Shown: positions 23,608 through 37,185, counted from the whole stretch's first letter. The stretch is 61,300 bases of DNA, filler included, from Hausera hauseri (GCA_046269625.1; 12 parts of 12 records of this genome joined end to end with filler, not necessarily neighbours in it), one strand, 5' to 3'. Made by a program: numbers and translations. Notes: generated by a model from the letters alone, not told the origin.

Positions 23608-24025
23608 ACTCTAGGAAGATTCACAAATACAACACTATGCTGAGTAAACAAGCTACCAAGTCTGCCTCTCCATTTTGAAGTGGCTGGTTGAAGTCTCTTA
23701 ATATTAATCATTGCTGTTTTTTTACATTTATAAAATTGACAAACCGGAACTTTGAATGTCTTTGGCAAAACCTTTGACTGTATCTACTGAAAGTTCTCCT
23801 ATATCACGGCCTAAATTATTATTAACTTTTTTTTGTATTTCGGTAAATGTACTGATTGTAATATAATTCGGGATTTTTGTGACCAAATTAATCCATATAC
23901 CTTTATCAAATTTAGCCACCATCAGTCAGCCAATTTAGCAGTTGATCGAATCAATAATATCTCAATGTGGGGTCACCAATTGAAAGTCAATTTGGTAAAT
24001 GGATCTTAAAATTCATCGGTAAAGC

Positions 24026-24647
24026 ATGGGAAATCAGTACCGATTTTTGTCGGCGATATTGGCCATAATGTGAGTGAACGGATGTTACGAGAAGCGTTTT
24101 CACAATTCGATTCCATCATTGACGCGAAGATTATTCGCGACCCTGACGGTCAGTGAAAGGGTTTTGGATTTTTGTCATTTACAAATCGCCAAGATGCTGA
24201 AAATGCACAGCCAATATGCACAAATCCTGGCTGTATAATCGTACGATAAAATGCAACCGGGCAACGCGAAACGATTCCGATGAAGGCCAAATGAGACGGT
24301 ATGCGCCACGTCCGTATGATGTTGTATATAACGACACACCATTTACGAATACCAATGTTTACATTGCAGGATTTACGGATAATCTAACGGATGAATTGAT
24401 TCGGAGTCATTTCGAAGAATTCGAATGGACTGAAAGCGTTAAAATCTTCCCGGAAAAATCGTATGCCTTCATCAATTATACCAATCACGAGGCTGCTGCC
24501 CGAGCAATCAGTCAACGTCATGGATATAGATTAAACAATAATACTATCAAATGTAATTGGGGCAAAGAAAATAACACCAACATGTCGTTTGTGCATAATG
24601 GTGTTGGAAATTTTTCCAAATGCTTTTGTTACATTTATGCTTTGTAG
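24026..24647 (+). pseudogene. TIA1: Intronless TIA-1/TIAR-like RRM2-RRM3 pseudogene
   Basis: VGDIGHNVSERMLREAFSQF..*KGFGFLSF..DAENA; IKCNRATR..YDVVYN..NTNVYIAG..VKIFPEKSYAFINY..HEAAARAI..IKCNWGKE; stop plus frameshifts. Confidence 0.8.
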
Positions 24648-24843
24648 AGATGTTTTGTTATTTTTTGGTTGCTGTAGATAACGATTTTATTGTATATATT
24701 ATAATTGTTGTACGATGTTCATCTGAAATAAAAAAATGATTTATTTGAATATGCAATAAATTTTTTATACCCTTGAATTTGAATTTTTTAATACGCCATT
24801 TTTGCTATATAATTCCGTTGAATTTTGATGCTGATATTTTTCA

Positions 24844-24943
24844 NNNNNNNNNNNNNNNNNNNNNNNNNNNNNNNNNNNNNNNNNNNNTTAATTAATTAAN
24901 NNNNNNNNNNNNNNNNNNNNNNNNNNNNNNNNNNNNNNNNNNN
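24844..24943. other. Artificial contig linker
   Basis: 44 N + TTAATTAATTAA + 44 N. Confidence 0.98.
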
Positions 24944-25316
24944 TACAATTACAGTGAGTTTTTCTAGTTGAAATTCACGCGTCCTAGCCAAATTGAGCCA
25001 ATTAGAATGAAGGCCAGGCGCGATTTGAAGACTGTGTGTGAAATAGTAAGTTCAAACAATTACTGATTAAAACTAGTTACCTGAATCCGTCAATGTTCTA
25101 ATTTATTATCCTTCATACATTTATTAATTTTATATTTTATATCTAGTAAATTCTACTAAATAATTTTTATAAATTTTATCGTTAAAATTAACATACTAAC
25201 CTGCTAATTTACTAACAGGAATATGGTAATGGAATTAATTATTATTTTTAATTAATGGAATTAATTATTTTTTTTAATTTTGACACAAGTATTAAAATCT
25301 ATAAAAGATAATTTAT

Positions 25317-26684
25317 TTAAATATACACAATCTCTATTTTTGATTCTTGTTCCATTTCTAATTTTGCTCTTTTTGCTGGTCTTCCTAATTTCTTCTTTGT
25401 CTCATTCTCAGTTTTATCTTGTATTGTTTGTTCTTTCTTTGGTCGACCACGCTTACGGACTTTTTCTGGAATACTTAGAACAAAATATGGATTATACATT
25501 GATTCAACAATCTCTAATGGTTTGTCAATTAAACGTGGACGGCCAACCGTTCGTTTCTTTCCAATCTTTTCAGATGTTTCACTAATATTTGTATCGGAGT
25601 GTAACATTTTGTGCTTCTCCATTTCGTAATATGAATTAGTATAAAACGAACAATTATCAATTTTACAACTAATATAATGTTTATCATGTGCTACTCGCAA
25701 ATGTTTCTCCAACTGATTAAAAGAATTTGTTGAAAAATCACAGTTCTCAAACTCGCAACAAACGTTTCCATGTTTTTCTAATGACACATGTCTATACTTA
25801 ACGTTTTCATGATAATCTGTAACATGTTCATTCAGTAATTCTTTAGTTTCGAATGGAAACTCACAATATCTGCAAACAAATGAACTTTGACATTTAAGTT
25901 CGTGCATTTCAAGTAAATGTTTAATCAGTTGTTGTTTTGTTTGAAAAGACTTCAAATCGTTGCAAAACCAACAGAGCAGCTTCGCACTAAAGTCTTGTTT
26001 TAAATGTTCTCTTATCTTTACGAGATCTAAATCTAGTTTTTCGTGACAATCCATACATTCCAAATTATTCCCACATTGCAACTTTTGACAGTTTTCATAA
26101 ATTCTTTCAACTATGTTTGATTCAAAATTGCACACAAGACATTTAATTTCTGTCTCAATTCCAAGAACGTTGTTAATTAAAACGCTTAAATTGTGTTCTT
26201 GGCTTCCTTTATGAATAATTAGTAATTCATGTTCTGAAAATGATTGATGACAGTCTTTGCATATAAACTCATCTGACTTTATTAAATGACGCAGACGATG
26301 AGTTTTCATATTAGAGTTCTGCGTAAAAGTTTTCTTGCAAATATCGCATTCATATGGTTTTGTTCCTGTATGGATACGCAAATGATGTTTAAATAATCCA
26401 CCGTTGTTTGTGGTATATTTGCATTTCGGACATTTATGCTTTTTGTTTTCATCGTACTGAATATTTTTATGATCTTGATCCACATGTACTCTTAGTACTC
26501 CGAGATCACTATATAAACTCCCACATACTTTACAACAGTGTATTGTCCATTTATGGATTTTCTTCATATGCATCTTAAAACATTTGTTTGAAGTAAAAGT
26601 TGTAAAGTTACACAATTTACAAACGTAAGAAAATTTTGTTCCCTCCATAGTCACAACACAAACATCTTCAAACGGATTGGTCAT
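25317..26684 (-). CDS. Multi-C2H2 zinc-finger protein with C-terminal AT-hook-like motifs (455 aa)
   Basis: Many C2H2 fingers, including the HTGTKPYEC linker; VGRPR, RKRGRPKK, LGRPAK; open frame. Confidence 0.9.
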   Translation of the reverse strand: MTNPFEDVCVVTMEGTKFSYVCKLCNFTTFTSNKCFKMHMKKIHKWTIHCCKVCGSLYSDLGVLRVHVDQDHKNIQYDENKKHKCPKCKYTTNNGGLFKHHLRIHTGTKPYECDICKKTFTQNSNMKTHRLRHLIKSDEFICKDCHQSFSEHELLIIHKGSQEHNLSVLINNVLGIETEIKCLVCNFESNIVERIYENCQKLQCGNNLECMDCHEKLDLDLVKIREHLKQDFSAKLLCWFCNDLKSFQTKQQLIKHLLEMHELKCQSSFVCRYCEFPFETKELLNEHVTDYHENVKYRHVSLEKHGNVCCEFENCDFSTNSFNQLEKHLRVAHDKHYISCKIDNCSFYTNSYYEMEKHKMLHSDTNISETSEKIGKKRTVGRPRLIDKPLEIVESMYNPYFVLSIPEKVRKRGRPKKEQTIQDKTENETKKKLGRPAKRAKLEMEQESKIEIVYI

Positions 26685-28042
26685 TGAGAAATACTTACTT
26701 CAGATTTTTGATTTCTACATCCAAATGGAAGTTTGTAAGTTAGAAAATGCAATTATTTTTGATAATATTGGATAATATTCAAAGAAATAACCATACTCGT
26801 ATTGATATCAAAAACAATCTGAGACATATTGTTGATAATCATTAAGAAAATAAATAATCTCAAACCATAAAATACAGTAATAAAATTTATCATTAGTTAA
26901 ATTAAAATACAAATGGTAAGTTTGAGAATTGTCGTTAGACTAATTTCGTACGTAACTTAATTTTACTATTAAAATGACAAGAGAGCATTTCTGTCTGTCA
27001 CATGGGCTTTTTATATCAAATTGTCAGAATTATACAAAATATAATGCCAATTATTAATACGTCAAAACGCTTTTCCAACAAAATGAAAGTGACAACTTTT
27101 ACATGTGATTGATTTTTGCATTTGTACAAGTTCCTTCGAATTATATTAATGAATTTCGAAGTTGTATCACTTATTTAAGCAACAAAGTTGTGAGGATATA
27201 ATTGAGAACAGAAATTCTAAATTTAAATTAGAAAGATTTTTAAATTTAAATTAAGTTTGATTTAAATGTGGAAAATTTGTTTCCAAATAAATACTTTTGA
27301 TAATAAAATATTTTCTACAAGTGTTGTTTACTTTCCAATGAGTAATTTCAAACGATCCAATTCTGATTCAGCAGACATACCAGAGGGCGGGTATTTCCCA
27401 ACCCTACCCAAGTTGGACGATAACGTGGACGGTGTGGATGCGCACGCTGCCAACAAAAGTAATTGAAAGTTTCCATTTCTAAATTCTTTAGTAAACAATT
27501 CTTTTACAAACAACATATGTGCATATTTATATTATTTCAATATTTACAAATTAATGCTGTAATAAGATTTTGTAACATTTCCAAAAGAAAAGTCTTTAAA
27601 TGTATTAGGGTCAAGCAAAACAAAATTCATCTTCAAATAGTATTGACGCAAAATAAGGAATATCAATACAAACTTTGCTTTTAAATTTCCAATATTCAAA
27701 CAAACTTTAATTATAATTAATTCATATCAATCACACATTCATCCTTATTTATAATTCATATAGATTATTTATTCACAACATACATTAAGTAATTTCATAC
27801 TCTTCACATACTGATTATTGAAGCATACTAATACGCATTAAGTACCATTCATAAAAGATGATATTGAATAGTAAAGTTGCATTTGTTTAAAGCGTACAAA
27901 AATATAATCACTGAGATATGATTAAAAATTTTTAAAAACAAAATGAAATTAACGGAAGATATATGTTTCAAGGATGACTATTGTGTAATAATTAATTTCA
28001 ATGTTAATATCAAGGAAAAAGTAAATAAATATTGTATTTTAA

Positions 28043-28260
28043 CACGTTGACTGCCGCAATAGTAAAAAAATTGGTACATATTGGCCGGAATTATTTTATA
28101 TCTGAATAATATAGTAAAATGATTAGTGATGGTAAATCAACGTTTATTTTTCTCAAAATACATTAATTTTAATTTGTCTGAGAATCATCCTTTGATGCTC
28201 GCGGCCAATAGTTGTAGTAGCATTGAGCATCAGAGTATGATTCTCATGGCAGTCAACATG
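28043..28260. mobile_element. piggyBac-type MITE (218 nt)
   Basis: TTAA on both sides; TIRs cacgttgactgcc / ggcagtcaacatg (12/13 match); subterminal tattggccg/cggccaata. Confidence 0.85.
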
Positions 28261-29039
28261 TTAATAATGGTGTTCAATCAAAACAATAACATTCCACGAA
28301 TTTTAATATTCTTCAATACGTATAAAAATCCAGTGAAAAATATTCCGATTAATACGATTATTAAATTACAGATTGCTGTTGATCGCGATTCTGTGAAGTA
28401 TAGAAATAAGTTATAAAATAACAACACAATATTTTGTGGAAATCACACACTTATTGTAAAATATATAAGTATTTATGTCATTCTCGATTATTTACAACGT
28501 TGTAGGTTAAAATCAACGGATTAAAATCAATATCAAATTTGATAATGAATTGTCGAAAAGTTGGTTAAAGAAATATTTTCAAGTGGAATCCAGTAGTTCA
28601 ACAAAAGAAGGAACAATTCGATTAATTGACAAATTAAATTTTGAAGTGCGCAACTTTCAGATTTCATTTATATTGGTAACAGAATACCATGAAACAACAG
28701 TTTTGTTAAATCCCGGTGGAATAATTGAATAATCAATTTAAATGATCAAGTGTTTCTAAGACAAATTAATCGAAAACGGAAAATCATTTCAAGAGGTGTT
28801 ATGATCAAAGAAAATGTAACAGCCTGAATGCTTGTAGAGTTCGTTCAAGTTTCAGATAATGAAAGTCCAATAAAAGAAATTGAATGTTTGTTAAAATATG
28901 AAAAATTGAATTTTCAATTGACTGTCGTGGAAATGTTTTATTAGACAATCATTTATGACGAATAGTCTGTGGATTTCCACTTTTTTTAGTAACATTGGAT
29001 TTTGGCAGCAGACGTATAATTGTAATGGGTTTGTGTTCC

Positions 29040-30831
29040 ACTGCTATCACTACTGATTATGATAGGAGGTGGTTCGAATTTTCGACCAATAACTCCTTCA
29101 ATTACATCATCAATTTTCTTGTTTAATTTTTCTTGTCTTTCATGATCCATTAAATATCTTGGTTCCTTCTGAGAGGTAACCAGATCTTTTTCTCGAATCT
29201 TATAGATTTCTTTAACAAGTTTATCTTTGTCATCTTCATTTAGCCTATTTAAACAATTCTTTTCAGTGTAAGTATTTATCAGCTTAGATGATTTTAATTC
29301 TTTGGGAATTTTTCCTTCATTTATTTTCTTTAAATCTTTTTGTATTTTCTCTTTTATTCTAGGCTGCAAATGTTTTATGAGCTCTTTATCGGCAACTTCA
29401 TAAATAGTATCTCTTTCGATAATCTGAACTTCTGGGCTTGGTGGGCATGCTTCTTCTGATTTGGATGTAGATGGAACTGCATCATTTGGCATTTCATGAC
29501 TTCGGTGAACTTGTTCATATTCAACATTCCATTTTGTGATAGGTGATTTAGAAACTTCTTCAGGTTTTCTTTTCGGTATTTTATATCCAGCAAATTTGTC
29601 TTTTTGATCAGGTAGCGTCGGCTTTTCTTTATCAAATTCTTTTTGAGCTCGTGTAACTACAGCAACTTGAGGATCAACCGGAAAACATTCAAGCATAAAT
29701 TCATCTACTTCAGAAAGTTCTTCACCAAGTAAAAGTCTATTCTTATCTTCGGTTCGAGCTTCGATGATAACTGATTCAGTAATACGTTTTGCCTAAGCTG
29801 GCTCCGCTACAGGTTCATTTTTATTTAAATCATCAAAAATCCCTTGGCACTGATGCAAACTATAACTTGTATCAATGTTATGTTTTCTAAGAATTCGATC
29901 AACATCTGCATCCATTTTTCTCAGAACGTTAGCTGTAAGATTTCCTTCATCGGAAGTTAACTCAGAAATTAGTTTTAAAAATTCTTCTGAAGTATTATAA
30001 GTTTTAACTTTGTTCATTGCGGCTCTTCTTTTCTTCTCAGTTGACATGAATTGGCATAATGTACAGTTTTGCTACATCGATAACATATAGGCATTAATCC
30101 AGTTTTATTCAAATCCTGTCTGCCATCTCTTTGGTATTGTGCTTCGGGACTAAATCGTACTCTATGCTCGAATCTGAGAGAATTACTCTTTTCACAATGA
30201 GTAACATTTTCTTGCCTCATTGGTATCTGATTTCGGTTGTCCGTAGAGTTTCTTGGATCCGATGTATTATATCGTCGATTATAGCTATCTCGATCAAATT
30301 CTATTTCGTTATCTCTTCGGTTTCTCTGATCATTTCTACGATTATCATTTCTACGTGAATCAAAATTTCTTTGTTCATTTTCAAAAAATTGATTAGTATT
30401 TTTCTGTCGTTTTGGCGGGGCAAATGATTCTATCATTTAGACCGGTTTTAAGGCATCAACAAAATCAGTAGGATATTTTGCCTGTACTTTGTATTTCAAT
30501 TCTGGACTTAATCCGTTCTTTTTCATCAAATATCTTTTTTCTTTTTATTGTATCTAGTAGGACAGCTTCGACGTATTGGGGGACAATTTGTCATAGAGCA
30601 TAGGCATATTGGGTTGAAGATTCGTCATATTGCTGATATCTGTTTTGTAGCTTAATCAATTGTTGTTGTGGGGATAAGGTAGGATAGAACCTGTCAATAA
30701 AGGCTGTTTGTACTTTATCCCATTTGTCCATTTCTTCATTTGTTAATTCATTGTAGGCATCTGCTGCTATGCCTGTGAGGAACAATGGTAGTCGTCTGAC
30801 CATTTCATTCTCCAATAAACCCATAGCTATT
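29040..30831 (-). mobile_element. gag: Second, diverged copy of the Gypsy Gag plus extension seen at 17096-19080
   Basis: EMVRRLPLFLTGIAADAYNELT, CYRCSKTVHYANSC, KVKTYNT, MLECFPVDPQVAVVTRA and KLINTYTEKNC all match the contig-4 copy. Confidence 0.9.
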
Positions 30832-30931
30832 NNNNNNNNNNNNNNNNNNNNNNNNNNNNNNNNNNNNNNNNNNNNTTAATTAATTAANNNNNNNNNNNNN
30901 NNNNNNNNNNNNNNNNNNNNNNNNNNNNNNN
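30832..30931. other. Artificial contig linker
   Basis: 44 N + TTAATTAATTAA + 44 N. Confidence 0.98.
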
Positions 30932-31299
30932 AAGACAAGTAATTTAGAAGACCCCTACGAAGGAAAGAAACGCTACGGAGTCGTACGAAAAATGTGTTAT
31001 CGACAGCCCATGGATACCCCCAGAATGTTGTATTCCCCTAGAGAACCTCGGAATATAGAAAGTAGATTACCTGTCCGTGAAAAACCAAAATTAAAAACCT
31101 TCCGGAATACAGAACCACACACTAACAATCGAGTACCATTAATTAGTACTCATGAAAAGGAAGAATTGAACATCGAAAACAATAAATTATATCCAAACGG
31201 AGAATTAAGACAATTATCGGAAAATATAATCTCCTCCCTGGAAATCCGAATCAGCGGACATAAAATATCGGCGACTGAACGCCCAAAAGTTGCATCAAA

Positions 31300-34200
31300 C
31301 TGTTTTGGAACAGTAATAGAAGGAACACTCTTTGCCAAAATCTTTATTGAAGACTGGGCAGTTTATGCATTAATCGATACAGTTTTTGAGATGTCTTACA
31401 TTAAAATGATTCAATACCTCAAACGCTAAGACGACAGTAATACCCACCATCTACAAAAAATCCAGGAAGTACAGGAGCCTTTGGCAAAATGTCGAAACCA
31501 ATGTTCAAATGGAATCCAGAAATTCCAATAGTTGGGCAGTTTTTCCGCCATGAATTTGCACTTATGGAGCAATTAACTGACGACGTAGATTTAGGATGTG
31601 ACCTACAGAAAAGACTACCAAATATAGCAATTGACTTGCAAACAGGAAAATTAATAAAAATCAGACCAAATAAAGGCGTAAAAAAGCTAAGGATAGAAAA
31701 TTTGAAGAAATGTGGACACCAGTAGATGAAAATATTCCACCGAGAACAGAGATAATAATTTACGCGAAAATTTAACAAGATGACGATAAACCGGTATATT
31801 TCGAACCAAAGGAGACATTAAATTCAATTATAATACTTAGTAACATACTGACAAGAGTACACTCCGGTCGTGTAACGATCAGAATAACAAATAATGCACC
31901 GACCCCCGTCAAGCTTCATGCTTATACCACTCTAGGAAATACTTATAGAGTGTCGTCTATAACTACTAAAGAAAAACCTTATAAGTATGCCAAATTCCCA
32001 CCTCATGTTGAAACTAAGTTTTCCCAAAAACTTACCGTCGATTCTATAAATTATTATGTCGCTATAAATCGATTATTGCTAAAGACGATGAAGATATCGG
32101 TAGGGCAAAAGCATTAAAAATCTATCTATTCAAATGAAGAAATAGATCTTGAAGATCAAAAGATGCCGAAATGGTATCATCTGCCACATTCACTAAGGCC
32201 CGAGATAACAAAAGAAGTCGAACGGATGCTTAAAGCCAATATAATTAGGCCCAGCTATAGATCTTGGTATTTACCAATCCTCATGGATAAAAGAAAGGTA
32301 CTACAAAGCATCGATTACGTATTGACTACAGAGCATTAAATAATCTTACGATGAAAGATTCTTTCCATTCCCGTCAGTAAAATAGGCTGTAGACATACTC
32401 TAAGGAGAAAAATGGTTTAGCACTCTGGATTTACAATCCGGATATTAGCAAGTAGAAATCGAAAACGAAGATCAATATAAAACCGCATTTAAAACACACG
32501 ATGGCGCTTACAAATTCAACGTCATGCCATTCAGTATTACTACCGGACCAGCCATCTTTACAAGGATGATGAATAAAATGTTGATGGGACAAGACCATGC
32601 TTTCGCATACTTAGAGGACGTAATGATAGTGTCAAAAACAGAAGAGGAGTACTTAAAGGATATTGAACACACGCTGATGCGGCTGGAACAGGCCGGACTG
32701 AAACTAAATTTGAAGAAATTTAAATGGGCTCAAAACGCAGTATCCTACCTTGGCCATATAGGTGGAGAAGGAGGATCAAAACCGGATAAATCATTATTGA
32801 ATAAAATATCAGATTGCATGGAACCACAGAATCAGAAGGAGTTAAGGTATTGGCTAGGTCTCTGTGGATATTATGCCACTTATGTGCCGGAAAACTCGAA
32901 AATAAGTGCACCCTTATATAGTCTACTTAAAAAGGAATTAAATGGAAATGGATAGACGTCGAACAGAAAGCTTTCGACGAAATGAAGAAGATATTAACAA
33001 GTGAAACAGTTTTACGATACCCAGATTTTAAATTACCCTTTATAATCAGGACAGATTCCAGTAAAGAAGGCATTAGATATGAATTAGCACAGAAAAGAGA
33101 AGATGAAGAATTAGAACCCCCAACTGCTTATGGAGGACGTTAATTGAAGAAGACAGAGAAAAACTATTCCGTTACTGAATTAGAAACTCTAGCCGTAAAA
33201 GAAGCGCTTCGATACTTCAACGTTTACTTGTACGGGCAGAAAATTATAATTGTCACTGATCACAAAGCCGTCACGACTTTAAAAGACCGAGCAAATAACC
33301 CAACCTGCAGACGTAACCGATGAATTGAAGAAATCTCTAGATACAATATCAAATTCCAGTATAAACCAGGAAATAAACATGTAAATGCCGATGCACTATC
33401 AAGATTAAAGACCAAAACAAGTGCTATCACCGTAATGAAGAAAAGTCAGCTTGAAGGAATAATAAATCGCCAACGCGCCTTCACGTTGGATAAAGCGATT
33501 AAAATCTCAACCGAACAAAGAAAGAATAGAATTATCCAGCAGATTATAGAATTTGCGGAGAAGGATATAATACCAAAAGGACGACAATTAAAGAAACATC
33601 TACGTAGACACGGACACAAATATTGCATTCTGAATAACAAATGCCTCAAAAACCTTCTATATTATGAGCAAAAAGAAGAAAACTGACAGTTATTCCGAAA
33701 AAGTTACAAATTGAAGTTTAGATGTCGGAACAGGATTCATATTTGGCAGGACACATGTCCTGGAAGAAAACATTAGAGAGAATACTGAATAAGTACTTTT
33801 GGCCCTGTATCTACATTGATGTAAAGAATTGGGTAAATGCTTGTGAAGTATGTGCGACTAAACAAAAGAATTACATGGCGGAATTAAAACCAATCAATGT
33901 ATCCGATAGATCTGTGCAAGCCATGTCAATGGATATCGTAGGACCGATTCCTACGATATCCATATAAACAATAAATATATCTTAACTTGTATTGATCGAA
34001 TAACTTCTTTTGTCGAATTGATAGCGTTAATTAATCAAAAGGCAAAAACCTTTGCCGAAGCTATAGTAAGTAAAATCATTTGTCGATATGGCCATCCAGA
34101 CAAAATATTAACCGATCGAGGAAGAAATTTTACAATTGAATTATTTGAGAAAATTATCAAAATATTTGAAATCGAGCAGTTGCCTACTACCTCGTATCGT

Positions 34201-34796
34201 CCTCAGTGTAATGAAATGGTCGAGCGAATGAATGCAACTGTAATACGCATACTAACAATAGTAGTAGCCAGGGACCAAAAAATTTGTACGAATTTTTAAA
34301 AGGAACTTAATTTGCAATTAATATCACCCCACATCCGGCAACAGGATTTACGCCATTTTTCATGGTGTATGGACGTGAAGCTGTGTTACCCACAGACTTA
34401 TGAATGACTCCATACACGCTTAATCCCGAAGATCTAGAACAAAACTTCGCAGAAGTATTACAGACGCGGCTACAAAAATGTTGGGAAATCGCCAAGGACT
34501 TATCTCAAGAATATCACGAACAGTTTAAAAAGCAATATGATAAGAAAGCAAAACCGCATGATCTAGAAGGAGAAAATTGGGTTTACGTACACTATCCAGT
34601 AGCAAAAAAGAATACGTTATTAAAATTGACTTGTACAGTCAGACGGCCATACGAAATTATCAGAGCTACACAAACTACGGTGTACGTTAACAAAAACGGC
34701 AAAGAAGTCGTATCAGCACAAAGAGTCGTTAAGACGGAGATACGGCCCAGCAAACGTTCAATTTACGTCAACGGGGGATACAAACTTCCTCAATAA
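31300..34796 (+). mobile_element. pol: Gypsy/Ty3 pol pseudogene (PR-RT-RNase H-IN)
   Basis: ALIDT (PR); IDYRALN, LDLQSGY, MPF, YLEDV (RT); TDSS..NYSVTELE..TDHK (RH); GH..YFWP..CEVC, MDIVGP, TDRGRNF, VERMN (IN); many stops. Confidence 0.93.
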
Positions 34797-34799
34797 TTG

Positions 34800-35786
34800 A
34801 TGGACCGATATCATACGTTCAGACAGTTTTAGCACTATCATTAATTGCTTCTTATATCCCAAGAACACAAAGTCAATGATGGGACGACGAAACTACATTA
34901 GGAGACGTATATTGAATTCGGAAAGGCGAATCAAAGCCGAAAATTACTATAACGGAAAATAAACCAACGGCCGAAGAGATCCGAAAACGAGAATACACAA
35001 TTTTGTTACAATCAATGAAGGCTCATTACTTTTCGATCGACGCTGTATGCGTTGGATTTAAAAATTGGAGGCAGCATCACGATTTCTGAAGATTTCAGAT
35101 CGTACTATACGATGTAATAACAAAAGAAGTAAAAAACTGCGATTTTTAACCCGGCGATTATGCACAGTGCTGCGACATAGATTATAAACACATTTGCATC
35201 CTTACTTATCGACTATACTTACCAGACTCATCGAAATTCTATATCAAAGTAAACCCACAACTTTAGTTTGTTATTCCTACTCGGACTAGATGATTCGAAG
35301 TGAAGCTCGACGAAATGCTACAATCCACCGACCCAAATATAAGGCTATTAGATGAAAATATCAAAGGGATCTCAGTAAATCAAGAAAAACAATGCATTCA
35401 AGTAGATGCTTGAACAAGATTAACTCTCGGTCAAGAAATTAGTATTGTTTTCGAAGCAGTGGACGGAGAAACACCGAAAATAAAATACTGTTCTCTTCAT
35501 GCCGGTGTGCAACACCAATGTTGTAAGCTAGCAGTAAACCAAGAATTCAAAGTAAAATTTGATCTATATGAAGTACGACCCAATAAACACAGCAAACATT
35601 TGCGAACTTATTACCCAAAGAATAGAATATGGAGAATTCCAATAGAAACGACAACCGAAAAGCCGACTACTCGGGTTAGTGCCATTACGAGACCCGTTAA
35701 ATGAAGCAGTGTACCAAAAAGAGAATTGGAAACCATACCTATTAGATATTCGGCACATCGATTTAAAGTTGTGTTCTTTGTAGAAG
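34800..35786 (+). pseudogene. Env-position ORF after integrase with signal-like segment and duplicated Cys domain
   Basis: VQTVLALSLIASYIP, then two repeats CV/CI..W..IV..CxxxxGxxxQCC (~35045-35175 and ~35390-35525) and a Thr-rich stretch. Confidence 0.5.
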
Positions 35787-35886
35787 NNNNNNNNNNNNNN
35801 NNNNNNNNNNNNNNNNNNNNNNNNNNNNNNTTAATTAATTAANNNNNNNNNNNNNNNNNNNNNNNNNNNNNNNNNNNNNNNNNNNN
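35787..35886. other. Artificial contig linker
   Basis: 44 N + TTAATTAATTAA + 44 N. Confidence 0.98.
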
Positions 35887-35960
35887 TAGTAAAAACTTTC
35901 CTTAATGCCTTAATCTATGGGTAAACAGTAGTGAGTAGTGACATTGGACAAATAATATAA
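35887..35960 (+). mobile_element. 3' tail of the SINE family at 59926-60290
   Basis: tagtaaaaactttccttaatgccttaatctatgggtaaacagtag..agtgacatt matches ~60216-60280. Confidence 0.7.
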
Positions 35961-35989
35961 TGTGCTAACACTTTGAACAACTCGACGCT

Positions 35990-36234
35990 CCACCACTGAG
36001 AATCTGTCTTGTGCACGTGTGAACAGTCACCCCAGACTGTGGAACATATCCTCCAATACTGCACCCAGTATGATGCATTGAGGCACATTCACTGGTCAAG
36101 AGAAACTTCACTAGACACAAAGCTATATGGCTCCATGATAGAACTCCAGAACACTGTGCAGTTCATTAGGGAGACACATCTGCAAATATGGATCAACGGG
36201 AACGACAGAAAAAGAAGAGGAAGAAGAAGAAGAA
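35990..36234 (+). mobile_element. LINE (I/Nimb/Ingi group) 3' end with CCHC motif and (GAA)n tail
   Basis: CTCEQSPQTVEHILQYC..KLYGS..QFIRETHLQI, then gaagaagaagaa. Confidence 0.75.
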
Positions 36235-37185
36235 TTCTTTTCTCATTAGCGTCTTCCAAAACAGACTCATTTGACTTTTATCCTGTCAATATTTCCATTA
36301 TTCTTCTCGGGAACCAACATTTTGAAATATTTTTCCATACTGTACTCATTCAAGTCTTATTAAGCTGTATCGTGACCTGTGCTGTTTTTTCTCATACTTG
36401 TATTTCTGTGAATGATACTAAGACCTGCAGAAAGCAAAGGTCTTGTGTTTTTAAATTAAATTAAATTATGAGTCAGAACAGTACTAATGATAGACATTCA
36501 GATTTTGTGCGGATGATCAACAGAGGAAGGATTATTTGCCCTGACGTTAACGTACTCATATGTACGTGGTGGTTTTAAATAGTGTTACCATAAATATGTT
36601 CATTGTGATTCTGTCAGTGTGTCTGATCATGTGCAACAACAAATAATCAGAGAAAGAAAGAACAGACTTTAAAAAAATGCTCTCCTCTTTATGTCTGATT
36701 AACTCTGAGAATGCATCGTTGGAGATTATTTTTTCGGGTGGCGGAGTGTCTGGTTCTTTGGATGGATTTGTATACCATTTCCGTTTGATTGTGTTGGGAT
36801 CCAGTCAAAGACGCACTCAATCTTTCTACCGACTTTGCCATTTATGGCTTTTCAGTATCAACATTACTCAGTCGGTTAAAGAGAATAGTCACCTGTTAGG
36901 ATTGGACACGACACCTCCCCTTGCTAGGGTGAAGGTTGAGCCAGCTCAGCTTTGTATGTTCTTAGTAGGAAGCATCGAGTCCTCAGAAGTACATGTTTTG
37001 TTCTAATAGTTGTTGTTTGTGACTTTTATATTTAAAAAAAAAAAAAAAAAACAATGAAATATTGATGAATGATTTTCCTTTTGTTTTTGTAAGCGTTTTC
37101 AACATTTCATGTTGCCAAGTTGGTTAGAAGAATATTTGCTTCACACAATTAATGCGAGGAATGCGTCACAGTGTTGGCACAATAA

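Noticed and set aside
27360-27452. Short GC-rich island in AT-rich DNA, tested for an HDV-like fold
   Set aside because: The tccacg loop lacks a pairing P3 stem, and no peptide was recognised.
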